Part shown: piece after piece, positions 42,599 through 52,012 of the stretch
Numbering within the stretch: the stretch's first letter is position 1
Layout: every line of letters starts with the position of its first letter
Origin: Bdellovibrionales bacterium
GTDB taxonomy: Bacteria; Bdellovibrionota; Bdellovibrionia; Bdellovibrionales; JAUICD01
NCBI GenBank assembly: GCA_965197425.1
Contig: CBDANC010000015.1
Location: 96,001 to 160,000 of the forward strand
Length of the DNA stretch: 64,000 nt
Reading direction: 5' to 3'
The notes under the pieces: generated by a model
What the model saw: the letters and a program-made list of their open reading frames with translations, nothing else
The model's database searches: none
What the model was told of the DNA's origin: nothing
Position numbers and translations under genes: made by a program

Positions 42599-43237
42599 AT
42601 GAGTAATAACATAATTAAAAAATTTACTGCTAGCCGTAGATTCATTTGCTTTTTGTTCTTAGCCTCTGTAATTTTACCTGCCAAGTTTTCCTATGCAGTT
42701 TCTTTTATGGGCAAAACTTCTGCTAAATTTTCATATGTCAAATCTAATGTTGGCAATGCTAGTTCATCAGATATAAAAAGCAGTGTAAGCAATTTGTCTT
42801 TTGATTTAAATTTGGTATTTAACAACGGCATATTTATTGGTTTGTCTGGCGATAAGGATCATTTGTTTCAAAGAAGCCTAGATGGGTTTGGAAATGAAAT
42901 CAAGGAATTAACTTCAACATTAGGTTTTGGGGTAAATGTTGGGTATTGGAATTCAGGTTTCTACGCAAGTTTAACTTATTTGCCTGTGGTATCAGGTGAG
43001 ACTTTCTCTGATGTTAGTATTGCTGAGGCAGCTGGTATCGTAGGTCAGGCTGGATTGGCTATGAATTTAGCAGGTGTAATTCCTGGCATTGATTCTTGGC
43101 CTTATATAGGTTTAGGCCCTAGCTTTAGATATAAAATGCTAGTGAATCAGAATCTCAAAACATCAAGTTCTTTGAATGACAAAAATAGCACAACCTCTGG
43201 TTTATCTTTAATGCTAGATCTAGTGCTTGTCTTTTAA
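42599..43237 (+). CDS. Putative outer-membrane beta-barrel protein
   Basis: Signal peptide, amphipathic strands, C-terminal LDLVLVF. Confidence 0.65.
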   Translation: MSNNIIKKFTASRRFICFLFLASVILPAKFSYAVSFMGKTSAKFSYVKSNVGNASSSDIKSSVSNLSFDLNLVFNNGIFIGLSGDKDHLFQRSLDGFGNEIKELTSTLGFGVNVGYWNSGFYASLTYLPVVSGETFSDVSIAEAAGIVGQAGLAMNLAGVIPGIDSWPYIGLGPSFRYKMLVNQNLKTSSSLNDKNSTTSGLSLMLDLVLVF

Positions 43238-43354
43238 AGTGAGTGTTGGTCAAGCTATAGAAAAACACTAATGCACAGAGCCAGTGAGCCATGGTAGCTT
43301 AGGCTTTTATAAAAGTACTTGTCAAAAGCACTAAAAATATAGATAAAAAACTCT

Positions 43355-44500
43355 ATGGTTTGTAATAGTCGCTACATGCTATTTAGTTTGCATATAAAAA
43401 ATGTTGGTATTGACACTTTGAGCACAAAGGTAAAAGAGATCTCTGATCTGAATGATGCAAAAAAGATCCAAAAGAGATTACAATCAAATGAGATATATTA
43501 TCTCCATACCTGTAACAGAGTGGAAATTTTGATGTCTTATGACAAAGACAAAACAATTGATACAAATATGTTGCCTTCTTACAAAGCAAGACATGATTTG
43601 AAGGATATTATATCTCATTTATTAAAGGTGGCCTCAGGTGCAGACTCAGTGTTGTTTGGGGAAAATCAGATATTAACTCAGTTTAAAGAAGCTATGGAAA
43701 ATTCTAGAAAGGCAGGTTTAACTGGGCCTAGTTTAAACCCTCTTTTACAAATGATTATAAGAGATGCGAAGGTAATAAAATCTAAGGTAAAAATTACTGC
43801 AAATCATAATTCAATTAGTTCTATGGCTGGTCACTATATTAGAAAGAGAGCGAGAGGCAAGTATATAAAGGTTTTGTTAGTTGGATACAGCAATACAAAT
43901 AGATCTTTATATTTACTTCTTAAAAAAGCATCTAACGTAGAGATATATTGGACAAATAGGACTCATGGAAAAATAGATACTGATGTGAAAGAGATCGCAT
44001 GGCGTAGATTTATGGATGGCAAATTGCCCGGTGTTGATGTTATTGTTCTGGCTACAAAATGTAATAACAAACTTATTACTGTAAAAAACTTAAATTCTAC
44101 AAATGCCAATTTGGTTGTTGATCTATCAGTCCCATCCAACGCATCTAAGAGATTGGTTCAGGCAAATCATGTTGAGTACATTGGCATTTCTGAGATAAAT
44201 GAGCTAATAAATCAATCTCAGAGAGGAGCAAAAGAAAAATTAGAAATCATAAACCATATAATAGACTTAAAATCTGGCATGCAGATCAAAGATCTCTTAT
44301 TAAGATCAAAGAGTAATGTTGTAACTGATATTTTAAACACTTCTGAGGATATTTATAACAAGGCAATGAATGAGTCTGATAATTATCTTAGAGATCTTGA
44401 TGAAGTTTCAATGTCTCAAGTAAAAAAATGGTCTAAGCATTTGGTTAAAAAACTAAACCATGAATATTTAGAAACTGTAAAATTACTTTTATCAAGATGA
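43355..44500 (+). CDS. hemA: Glutamyl-tRNA reductase (divergent)
   Basis: HTCNRVE, VASGADS..GE.QI..Q, DLSVP; first gene of the hem cluster. Confidence 0.88.
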   Translation: MVCNSRYMLFSLHIKNVGIDTLSTKVKEISDLNDAKKIQKRLQSNEIYYLHTCNRVEILMSYDKDKTIDTNMLPSYKARHDLKDIISHLLKVASGADSVLFGENQILTQFKEAMENSRKAGLTGPSLNPLLQMIIRDAKVIKSKVKITANHNSISSMAGHYIRKRARGKYIKVLLVGYSNTNRSLYLLLKKASNVEIYWTNRTHGKIDTDVKEIAWRRFMDGKLPGVDVIVLATKCNNKLITVKNLNSTNANLVVDLSVPSNASKRLVQANHVEYIGISEINELINQSQRGAKEKLEIINHIIDLKSGMQIKDLLLRSKSNVVTDILNTSEDIYNKAMNESDNYLRDLDEVSMSQVKKWSKHLVKKLNHEYLETVKLLLSR

Positions 44501-46038
44501 AAATTCGTGTAGGCACAAGGGGTAGTTCTCTTGCTCTTATCCAGACAGCTATTGTAGAGGCTCTTTTAAACGAAAAATATGAAAATGTAGAGATTGAAAG
44601 AGTTATCATAAAGACAAAAGGGGATATTGATCTAAAGCCCTTGTTGGATCTTTCAGGGGATGGATTTTTTACTAAAACTCTTTTTAATGCTTTGATGGAT
44701 GATAAGATTGACCTTGCTGTACATTCTGCAAAAGATTTACCTACAGTCAGTCATAATGGTTTTGCATATTATGCTGTAGGTGAAAGAGAGTCTGTTACAG
44801 ACACACTTTTAATTAAGGAAAACTGTGGTTTAAATCCAGTAATTGGAACATCTTCTATAAGAAGGGCTTTACAGATAGCTGATTACAATCCAAATGCAGT
44901 GATAAAGCCAATAAGAGGAAATGTGGATTCCCGTATTAAGAAGATTTTATCTGGCAAGTTTGATGGTATTGTGTTGGCATCTGCTGGATTAAATAGATTA
45001 AAGGTTGAATTACCAGAGGGCTTAATCTTAAAACCTATGGATTTTGTTACAGCTCCCGGCCAGGGAGTTTTGGCTATTCAGGTTAAGGAGTCTTTTAAAA
45101 GCAAAGTAGAAAAAATAATAAATTATGATTTAGATAAAGTTTTAAAAACAGAAAAAACTTTTTTAACTTATCTAGGTGGTGGTTGCCACTTGCCTTTTGG
45201 TTGTAATATTGAAAAGCAAAATTTAAAAATTTATTATAACTCAACTAAAGATATTATTAAATCCCTAAGCCCTAACTTTTCTTATGATAATCAAAGCTTT
45301 TGTTTTAATAAAAATGTTAGGTTTGATGATAAGGGTGGTAGTTTAGAGGAGCTATTTCAAAAGGGAATAGATGGTATACTAGGAAAAACTTCAAACTCCG
45401 TTGTTTGGATAACATCGCCTATACAAAATCAATTACAAACATCATTAAAGCTAAACAAAACACAAGTTATTTGTTTTCCGTTGATAGAAACAGCACCTAT
45501 GTTTAAAGATGAAGATTTACATAATTTAAAAGATGATTTCGATTGTGTTATATTTCCTAGTCAAACAGGAATAAAATTAGCAAAAGGAATTTTTGCTAAA
45601 ACCCGTGTATTTTGTATGGGTGAAAGTAGTAAAAAACTACTAGAGAGTTTTGAGTATAGTGATATTTCGATAATTGATAATTTAGATAAATTACGAGGCT
45701 ATAAAAAAACTCTATTGTTGTCGGCAGATTATTCTTTGGTAGCGGGAAGGCTTAAACAAAGTAATATATCCCATACACAATTTAAATTATATAAGACCAA
45801 AAATGTGATTTGGCAGAGCTTGCCATATAAGCCTAGGAAAGAAGATTTTATAATATTCACAAGTCCATCTACTGTGGAAAGCTTTGTTGAAAATGTTAAA
45901 GCTCATCCTTTACTTTTAAACTTAAACAGATTTGTGTTAGGTGATACAACGCTTGCCAAGCTAACTTCATTTGGTTTAGAAGGACAAATAGCAAAACATG
46001 GTAATATAGACTCATTAGTAGAGTTAATAGAAGGCTAG
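44497..46038 (+). CDS. hemC: Hydroxymethylbilane synthase fused to uroporphyrinogen-III synthase (HemC-HemD)
   Basis: GTRGS.LA, FTK, AVHSAKD, GTSS.RR, RGNV, GGGC; C-terminal FPS/FTSPSTV HemD-like domain. Confidence 0.9.
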   Translation: MKIRVGTRGSSLALIQTAIVEALLNEKYENVEIERVIIKTKGDIDLKPLLDLSGDGFFTKTLFNALMDDKIDLAVHSAKDLPTVSHNGFAYYAVGERESVTDTLLIKENCGLNPVIGTSSIRRALQIADYNPNAVIKPIRGNVDSRIKKILSGKFDGIVLASAGLNRLKVELPEGLILKPMDFVTAPGQGVLAIQVKESFKSKVEKIINYDLDKVLKTEKTFLTYLGGGCHLPFGCNIEKQNLKIYYNSTKDIIKSLSPNFSYDNQSFCFNKNVRFDDKGGSLEELFQKGIDGILGKTSNSVVWITSPIQNQLQTSLKLNKTQVICFPLIETAPMFKDEDLHNLKDDFDCVIFPSQTGIKLAKGIFAKTRVFCMGESSKKLLESFEYSDISIIDNLDKLRGYKKTLLLSADYSLVAGRLKQSNISHTQFKLYKTKNVIWQSLPYKPRKEDFIIFTSPSTVESFVENVKAHPLLLNLNRFVLGDTTLAKLTSFGLEGQIAKHGNIDSLVELIEG

Positions 46039-46066
46039 TTCTCTGATTTTGATTAGGTAATTGGAA

Positions 46067-47305
46067 ATGAATCAAAAAAGTTTATTTGGTAAGGCAAGAA
46101 AATATATTCCTGCAGGTGTACATTCACCTGTGAGGGCATTTTTGTCGGTAAAGGGTTCGCCGATATTTATTAACCGTGCAAAGGGCGCTTATCTGTATGA
46201 TGAAAATAACAGAAAGTTCTTGGATTTTTGTATGGGTTGGGGATCCTTGGCACTTGGTCATGCACAAAACAAAGTTATATCTAGTATAAAGAAGCAGGCA
46301 TCTCTGGGAACATATTATGGAACTGTGACCAAGCTAGATATAGAGCTTTCAAAGGGAATACTAAGTCGTATCCAACCTTTCGAAAAAATAAGATTCGTAA
46401 ATTCTGGTACAGAAGCAGTAATGACAGCAATTAGATTAGCTAGAGGTGTAACAAATAAAAATATGATAGTAAAAATTGATGGCAGTTATCATGGTCATAC
46501 AGACTCTATGTTGGTGTCGAGTGGAAGTGGACTAATTACCAAAGGAACTGGTAGCTCGGATGGAGTTCCTCAATCTGTTTTGAAAGATACATTAGTAGTG
46601 AAATATAATTCAAGAGAGGCACTAAAAAAAGTTTTTAGTAAGTATGGAGATAAGATAGCTGCATTGATAATTGAGCCTGTGTTGGCAAACTGTGGTTTAT
46701 TTGAACATGATTTAGACTATCACAAACTATGTAGAGCTTTAACAACCAAGCATAAGTCACTGTTAATTTATGATGAAGTGATAACTGGATTTAGGTTGTC
46801 TTATGGTGGAGCAAAAGAGGTTTTAAACATAACTCCAGACATTGCAACCTATGGCAAGGTAATAGGAGGTGGCTTGCCAGTAGGAGCGGTTGCTGGTTTC
46901 AATAAATTTATGAAACATCTAGCACCAGAAGGAAATGTATATCAAGCTGGGACATTGAGTGCTAATCCTCTTACAATGTCAGCAGGGCTTGCCACATTAA
47001 ATGTAATGAATAAGACTTTTTATTCTCAAATGGAAAAATTAGGTTTATATATGGATAGTGTTTTTAAGAAAATAAAAAATATTCACTACAAGAGAGTAGC
47101 TAGTATTTTTTGGCTTTACTTTGAACAGCAAAAAGCTTCAAAGGCTAAAGAAATATTATCCTCAAGGTACAAGTTGTATCATAAAGAGTTTGTTGACAGG
47201 GGTATATATCTTCCACCTAGTGCATTTGAGGTATGTTTTTTGTCTTCTGCACACAAAAAAAAGGATATAGATAAATTGGCGCAAGCAGTGTTGGATTTGG
47301 TGTAA
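46067..47305 (+). CDS. hemL: Glutamate-1-semialdehyde 2,1-aminomutase
   Basis: GVHSPVRAF, NSGTEA, YHGH, DEVITGFR, GKVIGGG, YQAGT. Confidence 0.96.
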   Translation: MNQKSLFGKARKYIPAGVHSPVRAFLSVKGSPIFINRAKGAYLYDENNRKFLDFCMGWGSLALGHAQNKVISSIKKQASLGTYYGTVTKLDIELSKGILSRIQPFEKIRFVNSGTEAVMTAIRLARGVTNKNMIVKIDGSYHGHTDSMLVSSGSGLITKGTGSSDGVPQSVLKDTLVVKYNSREALKKVFSKYGDKIAALIIEPVLANCGLFEHDLDYHKLCRALTTKHKSLLIYDEVITGFRLSYGGAKEVLNITPDIATYGKVIGGGLPVGAVAGFNKFMKHLAPEGNVYQAGTLSANPLTMSAGLATLNVMNKTFYSQMEKLGLYMDSVFKKIKNIHYKRVASIFWLYFEQQKASKAKEILSSRYKLYHKEFVDRGIYLPPSAFEVCFLSSAHKKKDIDKLAQAVLDLV

Positions 47306-47307
47306 AA

Positions 47308-48330
47308 ATGAGTAGTTTTGTAGATGCTTTGCTGCATTCGAAAAATAGTAAAAGAGTCCCTGTTTGGTTTATGAGGCAGGCAGGCAGATATTTGCCTGAG
47401 TACATGGAAATTAAAAATAAAAGTAACTTTAAAACTATGAGTACAACACCTGATTTAATCAAAACAATTACACTTCAGCCGTTAAAGAGATTTGATCTGG
47501 ATGCTGCAATAATATTTTCTGATATTTTAACACCACTAGGGCCTATGGGTGCATCTTTTGATTTTGGTTTAAAAGGCCCTGAGTTAAAAGAACATGGACC
47601 TGATGCACTACTTGAGTTGAGAGAACTGAATCCTTCTGATGATATGGGTTTTGTTAGAGAAGCTATGAAGTTGGTGTTAGATGAAATTCAGATTCCTTTG
47701 ATAGGCTTTGTTGGGGCTCCTTTTACTTTGGCCTCATATTTAATAGAAGGTGGAGGTTCTAGAGAATTTAGAAAAACGAAAACATTTATGTACAATGAAA
47801 GAACCAAATTTATGTCTGGTCTGGATCATTTAGCAGAAGAACTTTCTAAATATATCAATTACCAAATCGATAGTGGGGTTAGTGCTATACAAATTTTTGA
47901 TTCGTGGGGTGGTATATTATCCCTCAGAGACTACGATAGGTTTATATTGCCTTCTTTAGATAGGATGTTAAGTAATATTAAACCTATACCTGTTATTTTT
48001 TATACTCAACCCAGTTTGCACTTGTTGCCGGGGCTATCAAAGCTCAAAATATCTGCTATTAGTTTAGATTGGAGATGTGGTATTAGCAGGGCATATAAGG
48101 TACTAAAAGAATGTGGTGCAGATGTAGCAATTCAAGGCAATTTAGATCCAATGGCAATGACCGCTGATTATTCATATGTAAAAGAGAGTGTTTTATCAAT
48201 ACTAAATGAAGCAGAGGGGATAGGACTAGAAAGGTTTATATTTAATGTAGGTCAAGGCCTTACCCCGCAAACTAGGATTGACAATGTAGAGAAGATTATA
48301 AAAGAAGTACATAAATACAGGGATATATAA
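47308..48330 (+). CDS. hemE: Uroporphyrinogen decarboxylase
   Basis: PVWFMRQAGRYLPEY, FSDIL, GAPFTLASY, QGNLDP. Confidence 0.96.
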   Translation: MSSFVDALLHSKNSKRVPVWFMRQAGRYLPEYMEIKNKSNFKTMSTTPDLIKTITLQPLKRFDLDAAIIFSDILTPLGPMGASFDFGLKGPELKEHGPDALLELRELNPSDDMGFVREAMKLVLDEIQIPLIGFVGAPFTLASYLIEGGGSREFRKTKTFMYNERTKFMSGLDHLAEELSKYINYQIDSGVSAIQIFDSWGGILSLRDYDRFILPSLDRMLSNIKPIPVIFYTQPSLHLLPGLSKLKISAISLDWRCGISRAYKVLKECGADVAIQGNLDPMAMTADYSYVKESVLSILNEAEGIGLERFIFNVGQGLTPQTRIDNVEKIIKEVHKYRDI

Positions 48331-48373
48331 AAAGCTAAGTTAACTTTTTATAGTAATTGGTGAGTAAGATAAA

Positions 48374-49384
48374 ATGAAAATAGATGTGCATACACATATA
48401 ATACCACAAGACATGCCTAAGTTCAGGGATATGTTTGGCTATGGTAATTTTACTCACATTGAGCAATGTGATAATTGCAGGGCTAATTTAGTAAATAATG
48501 AAGGTGTTATTTTTAAAAACCTCTCCAGTAATTCTTGGGATGCCAGGGTTCGTTTGAAAGAGTGTGACGGGACTGGTGTGGGGATTCAGGTTATCTCTAC
48601 TGTTCCTATAATGTTTAACTATTGGGCTAAACCAAAAGACTGTGACTATACTTCTAAGTTTATAAATGATCATATATCTAAAGTTGTAAGTGTTGATCCA
48701 AAAAGATTTTTTGGTTTGGGAACTTTACCCATGCAAGACACCGAGCTTGCGATCAAAGAATTGGATAGGTGTGTAAATGAGCTGGGGTTACTTGGAGTTG
48801 AAATAGGCTCTAACATAAACGGCATGGATCTTAATGATGAAAAGGTATTTCCAATTTTTCAGGCTGCTTCAGACATGAGTGCTAGTATATTTATTCATCC
48901 TTGGGATGGAATGATGGAAGGTTCAAAAATGCAATCTCATTGGCTTCCATGGTTAGTTGGAATGCCATCTGAAGCATCTAGAGCTATTTGTTCCATGATT
49001 TTTGGTGGTATATTTGAAAGGTTGCCAAAGCTTAGAGTGTTATTTGCACATGGAGGAGGATCTTTTCCTGCTACACTTGGTAGAATACAACACGGCTCTA
49101 AGGTAAGACCAGATCTGTGTAATACTTCAAATACAGTTAGCCCTGTGGATAGCTTAGGTAAATTTTATGTCGATTCGCTTGTGCACAGTAAAGATGCATT
49201 ATCTCATCTCTTAAGTGTGTTTGGTGTGGATAAAGTTTGTCTTGGTAGTGACTACCCATTTCCATTTGGAGAGGCTACACCAGGTAGGTTGATTGAGGAG
49301 GATACGGGGTCTTTTCCACAAAGCTTGAAGGATAGAATTTATTATAGGAACGCACTTAGGTGGGTTGGTAAAATTAAGAGTTAA
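48374..49384 (+). CDS. 2-amino-3-carboxymuconate-6-semialdehyde decarboxylase (ACMSD), amidohydrolase family
   Basis: KIDVHTH, STVP.MF.YWAK, IHPWD, WLPWLVGMP.E, AHGGGSFP, GSDYPFP. Confidence 0.88.
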   Translation: MKIDVHTHIIPQDMPKFRDMFGYGNFTHIEQCDNCRANLVNNEGVIFKNLSSNSWDARVRLKECDGTGVGIQVISTVPIMFNYWAKPKDCDYTSKFINDHISKVVSVDPKRFFGLGTLPMQDTELAIKELDRCVNELGLLGVEIGSNINGMDLNDEKVFPIFQAASDMSASIFIHPWDGMMEGSKMQSHWLPWLVGMPSEASRAICSMIFGGIFERLPKLRVLFAHGGGSFPATLGRIQHGSKVRPDLCNTSNTVSPVDSLGKFYVDSLVHSKDALSHLLSVFGVDKVCLGSDYPFPFGEATPGRLIEEDTGSFPQSLKDRIYYRNALRWVGKIKS

Positions 49385-49409
49385 TATCACAACACTGATT
49401 GAGTTTAAC

Positions 49410-49635
49410 AAGGTCTTCCGAACGAGGTCAATAAAGTGAACTTGTTACTTAAAGGTGAGCCTAGCGAAGCTAAAAATGGGCTGGTGTAACGACTGTACAA
49501 AGTACAAGTGGAACCAGAACATTTTTAAGCTAAGTGGCTCCTTCTTGCTTTTTTTGACCGAGTGGTTGCCCAGCACTGGAACAAGATGCCGATTTCGTCA
49601 CACAAGGTCTTCCGAACGAAGATTAGGAAGGCCTT
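49410..49635 (+). mobile_element. Composite MITE-like palindromic element with a nested second module
   Basis: Ends AAGGTCTTCCGAA / TTAGGAAGGCCTT form an imperfect inverted repeat; inner module at 49451-49543; no transposase. Confidence 0.65.
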
Positions 49636-49831
49636 AAAGCGCTGACTGAATATGGCAAATAACGCCTTGTTTATATTGTGTCTTTCTTTGTAAACCTTAT
49701 CAGGTGCGACTAAATTTTGTTCAAGATCTGCACTGAAAATATTTATAAAAATAACATGCTTGTAATATCCGGATAGTTGATATACCAAGTATTTCAATTA
49801 CTAATAAACTTTTTATTTATTTGATTTTAAA

Positions 49832-49847
49832 TGGTACAGGTTTTGCT
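49832..49847 (+). promoter_or_regulatory. Sigma-54 (-24/-12) promoter
   Basis: TGGTAC-AGGTT-TTGCT has GG-N10-GC spacing, about 30 nt before the next start. Confidence 0.65.
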
Positions 49848-49875
49848 TTAAAACTCTTAAGAAGGGTCATTTTAG

Positions 49876-50760
49876 TTGGAATATTTTAACAATACAAAGT
49901 CAGTTTTGAGCAAATTTACAAAGATGGTACATGGTCGTTTTGGATTTGATGCTACCTTTCATACTGTAAAGAAGAGTGCTAAGAATGGGGACGGGCTTCT
50001 AAAAGTTATAGAAGATAACAAATACGCAAAAATCATAGCTTATAAAAATCATGTTATTATGCCAATAGAGCAATTTGGTGTTGTGCTTGGGTATGTAAAA
50101 ATCGAAAATGGCATTGCTCTTAAGCAAAACCACTTGATGCAAGTAAGTGATCTTTCAGATTTGTTGGTTAAGACAATGATTGTATCTGAAAAAAATAAAA
50201 GAATTCAGCTTATAATAGAGGATATTATTCAATCGAACTTAAGTAGCGTAAATGAGCTAGATACATTTTCAGAAAATCAGGTAAATCATTTAAAGGTTCT
50301 AAAAACTAATCTTCCTTTATTGATATTATCCAACACTCATTTGTCGGCTAGAAATTTGGCAAGAGACCTACATAGTGATTACAAAAGTGATCATTTTGTA
50401 ATTGTTGATGACTGTAATATATCTTATTTTAAAACATCTAAATCCATTAGCACTTTTAAAAATTGTACCATTTATATATCAGAGCTTGCAGATTTAGAAA
50501 AACAACCACAGTTGGCATTTGAACACTATCTTAAAATAGGGTCTTCACATGGCCCAAAAGTTATGGCATGTACTATTTTTGATCCTATACATTTAGTTAA
50601 AAAACAAATTGTTAGACAGGAGCTCATATATCTTTTATCAGGTAACAGAATTTTAAGTCCAGAAGATGAGTGCAGACTAGAGGACAAATCTACCTTAACT
50701 AAATATCTATTTAGTTCATTGAAAAATAAGTCTAAGATTTCACTTTTGCCTGGTATTTAA
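49876..50760 (+). CDS. Hypothetical protein with degenerate sigma-54 activator-like AAA+ domain
   Basis: TIYISELADL...Q, VMACT, LV.KQIVRQELIYLLS echo TLFLDEI..L...Q, IIAAT, FR.DLYYRL; no Walker A, GAFTGA or HTH. Confidence 0.6.
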   Translation: MEYFNNTKSVLSKFTKMVHGRFGFDATFHTVKKSAKNGDGLLKVIEDNKYAKIIAYKNHVIMPIEQFGVVLGYVKIENGIALKQNHLMQVSDLSDLLVKTMIVSEKNKRIQLIIEDIIQSNLSSVNELDTFSENQVNHLKVLKTNLPLLILSNTHLSARNLARDLHSDYKSDHFVIVDDCNISYFKTSKSISTFKNCTIYISELADLEKQPQLAFEHYLKIGSSHGPKVMACTIFDPIHLVKKQIVRQELIYLLSGNRILSPEDECRLEDKSTLTKYLFSSLKNKSKISLLPGI

Positions 50761-50789
50761 CTTGCAATTATTAGTCTCATCTTTAGTGG

Positions 50790-50978
50790 AAACAGGCACT
50801 CGGCCAAAAGATGTCTTGGCTACATTTGGACTTCGTCCTGCATTTCACCAATACATCTTATTGGCCTCATTAACCTCACCTTTAGTTACTGGGTCGGCAT
50901 CGTGTCCAGAGCTGGGCAACCACTCGGATAAAAAAAGTGAACAAGTCCACTTATTTTTATCCTCGTTCGGAAGACCTT
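50790..50978 (-). repeat. Two tandem modules of the palindromic element family
   Basis: Minus strand AAGGTCTTCCGAACGAGGATAAAAA...TTTTTATCCGAGTGGTTGCCC followed by AAAGGTGAGGTTAATGAGGCCAA...TTGGCCGAGTG. Confidence 0.8.
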
Positions 50979-50992
50979 AGATTGTAGGTTAT

Positions 50993-51021
50993 TTGTAAAA
51001 TAAAAGATGCCATGCTAGAGT
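50993..51021 (+). promoter_or_regulatory. Sigma-70-type promoter, probably producing a leaderless mRNA
   Basis: TTGTAA-17 bp-TAGAGT with TGn extension; ATG 7 nt downstream; no SD. Confidence 0.45.
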
Positions 51022-51028
51022 CGATCTT

Positions 51029-52012
51029 ATGGTAGAGAGTGGTCGTGAAGACTTAGAAAAGTTAGAGAAAGATAATTTAACTCCAGACCATTTTGATAAT
51101 AAGAAAAGCATACAAACATTTTTAGGCACAGATAACTTCAATATAACTCCTCTTACAGGGGATGCATCTAATAGAAATTATTTTAGGATAACCACTTCAA
51201 ATAAAAATTATATTTTGATGCAAAGTCATGATGAAAATAGCAATAAAAATTTTGTTACTATCTTAAATATTCTAGAAACTGCTAAAGTTAATGTTCCAAA
51301 ACTTTTTAAACACAAAAATCTTTTTATGTTAGAAGACCTAGGAGATCTAACATTAGAGCAGTTGTTCTTTAAAGAGAAAAAAGAAGCTGTAATTACTATG
51401 TACAAAAAGGCAATAGATCAACTAATACAGCTTCAAAAAGTTCAGTCTAATTTAAATATTACTTTTGATACAAAAAAATTATTTGAAGAGCTTATGTTTT
51501 TTAAAAATCAATTTTTTGTAGGTGCTAGTAAAATTGATAAGGAGATGGAAGCTACTTTTCAAAGTATATGCGAAAGGCTTGATAGCAAAAATCATGTTAC
51601 ATGCTTTGTGCATAGAGATTTTCATTCAAGAAATATAATGGTGTACAATAATAAACCTTACATCATTGATTTTCAAGATGCTAGAATAGGGATTTGTCAG
51701 TATGATTTGGTAAGCTTATTAAAAGACTCTTATATACATATACCGTTTGGGAACTGTCTTTTAGATTATTACTTTGAAAATTCTCATTTTAAATTCAACA
51801 AAGAAGAGTTTATGCAAGTGTTTGAGCTTCAGAGTGTTCAAAGAAGTCTTAAAGCTTGTGGTAGCTTTAAGAGTTTTGATAATTTAAAAAATGACAAAAG
51901 ATATTTAAAATATATTCCTATTGGCTTGGACTATGCTCTGGAAAGTTTAAAGAAATTTAAAGAATACAAAACACTTTTTGATATTATATTGGATTTAAGG
52001 GGTGGTTTATGA
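51029..52012 (+). CDS. amgK: Anomeric MurNAc/GlcNAc kinase (APH-like phosphotransferase)
   Basis: GDASNR.YFR, EDLGD, HRDFHSRNIM, IDFQDA, YDLVSLL.D, QR.LK..G.F. Confidence 0.85.
   Translation: MVESGREDLEKLEKDNLTPDHFDNKKSIQTFLGTDNFNITPLTGDASNRNYFRITTSNKNYILMQSHDENSNKNFVTILNILETAKVNVPKLFKHKNLFMLEDLGDLTLEQLFFKEKKEAVITMYKKAIDQLIQLQKVQSNLNITFDTKKLFEELMFFKNQFFVGASKIDKEMEATFQSICERLDSKNHVTCFVHRDFHSRNIMVYNNKPYIIDFQDARIGICQYDLVSLLKDSYIHIPFGNCLLDYYFENSHFKFNKEEFMQVFELQSVQRSLKACGSFKSFDNLKNDKRYLKYIPIGLDYALESLKKFKEYKTLFDIILDLRGGL

Noticed and set aside
49455..49797. Small ORFs 49455-49637 and 49525-49797 (also 10130-10351, 50762-50980, 54924-55112)
   Set aside because: They overlap palindromic repeat elements and show no protein-like features
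50891..50930. GGGTCGGCAT...GCTGGGCAAC resembles HDV ribozyme segments
   Set aside because: No P1 complement (CCGACC) and no P3/L3; it is the reverse strand of the repeat-family tail
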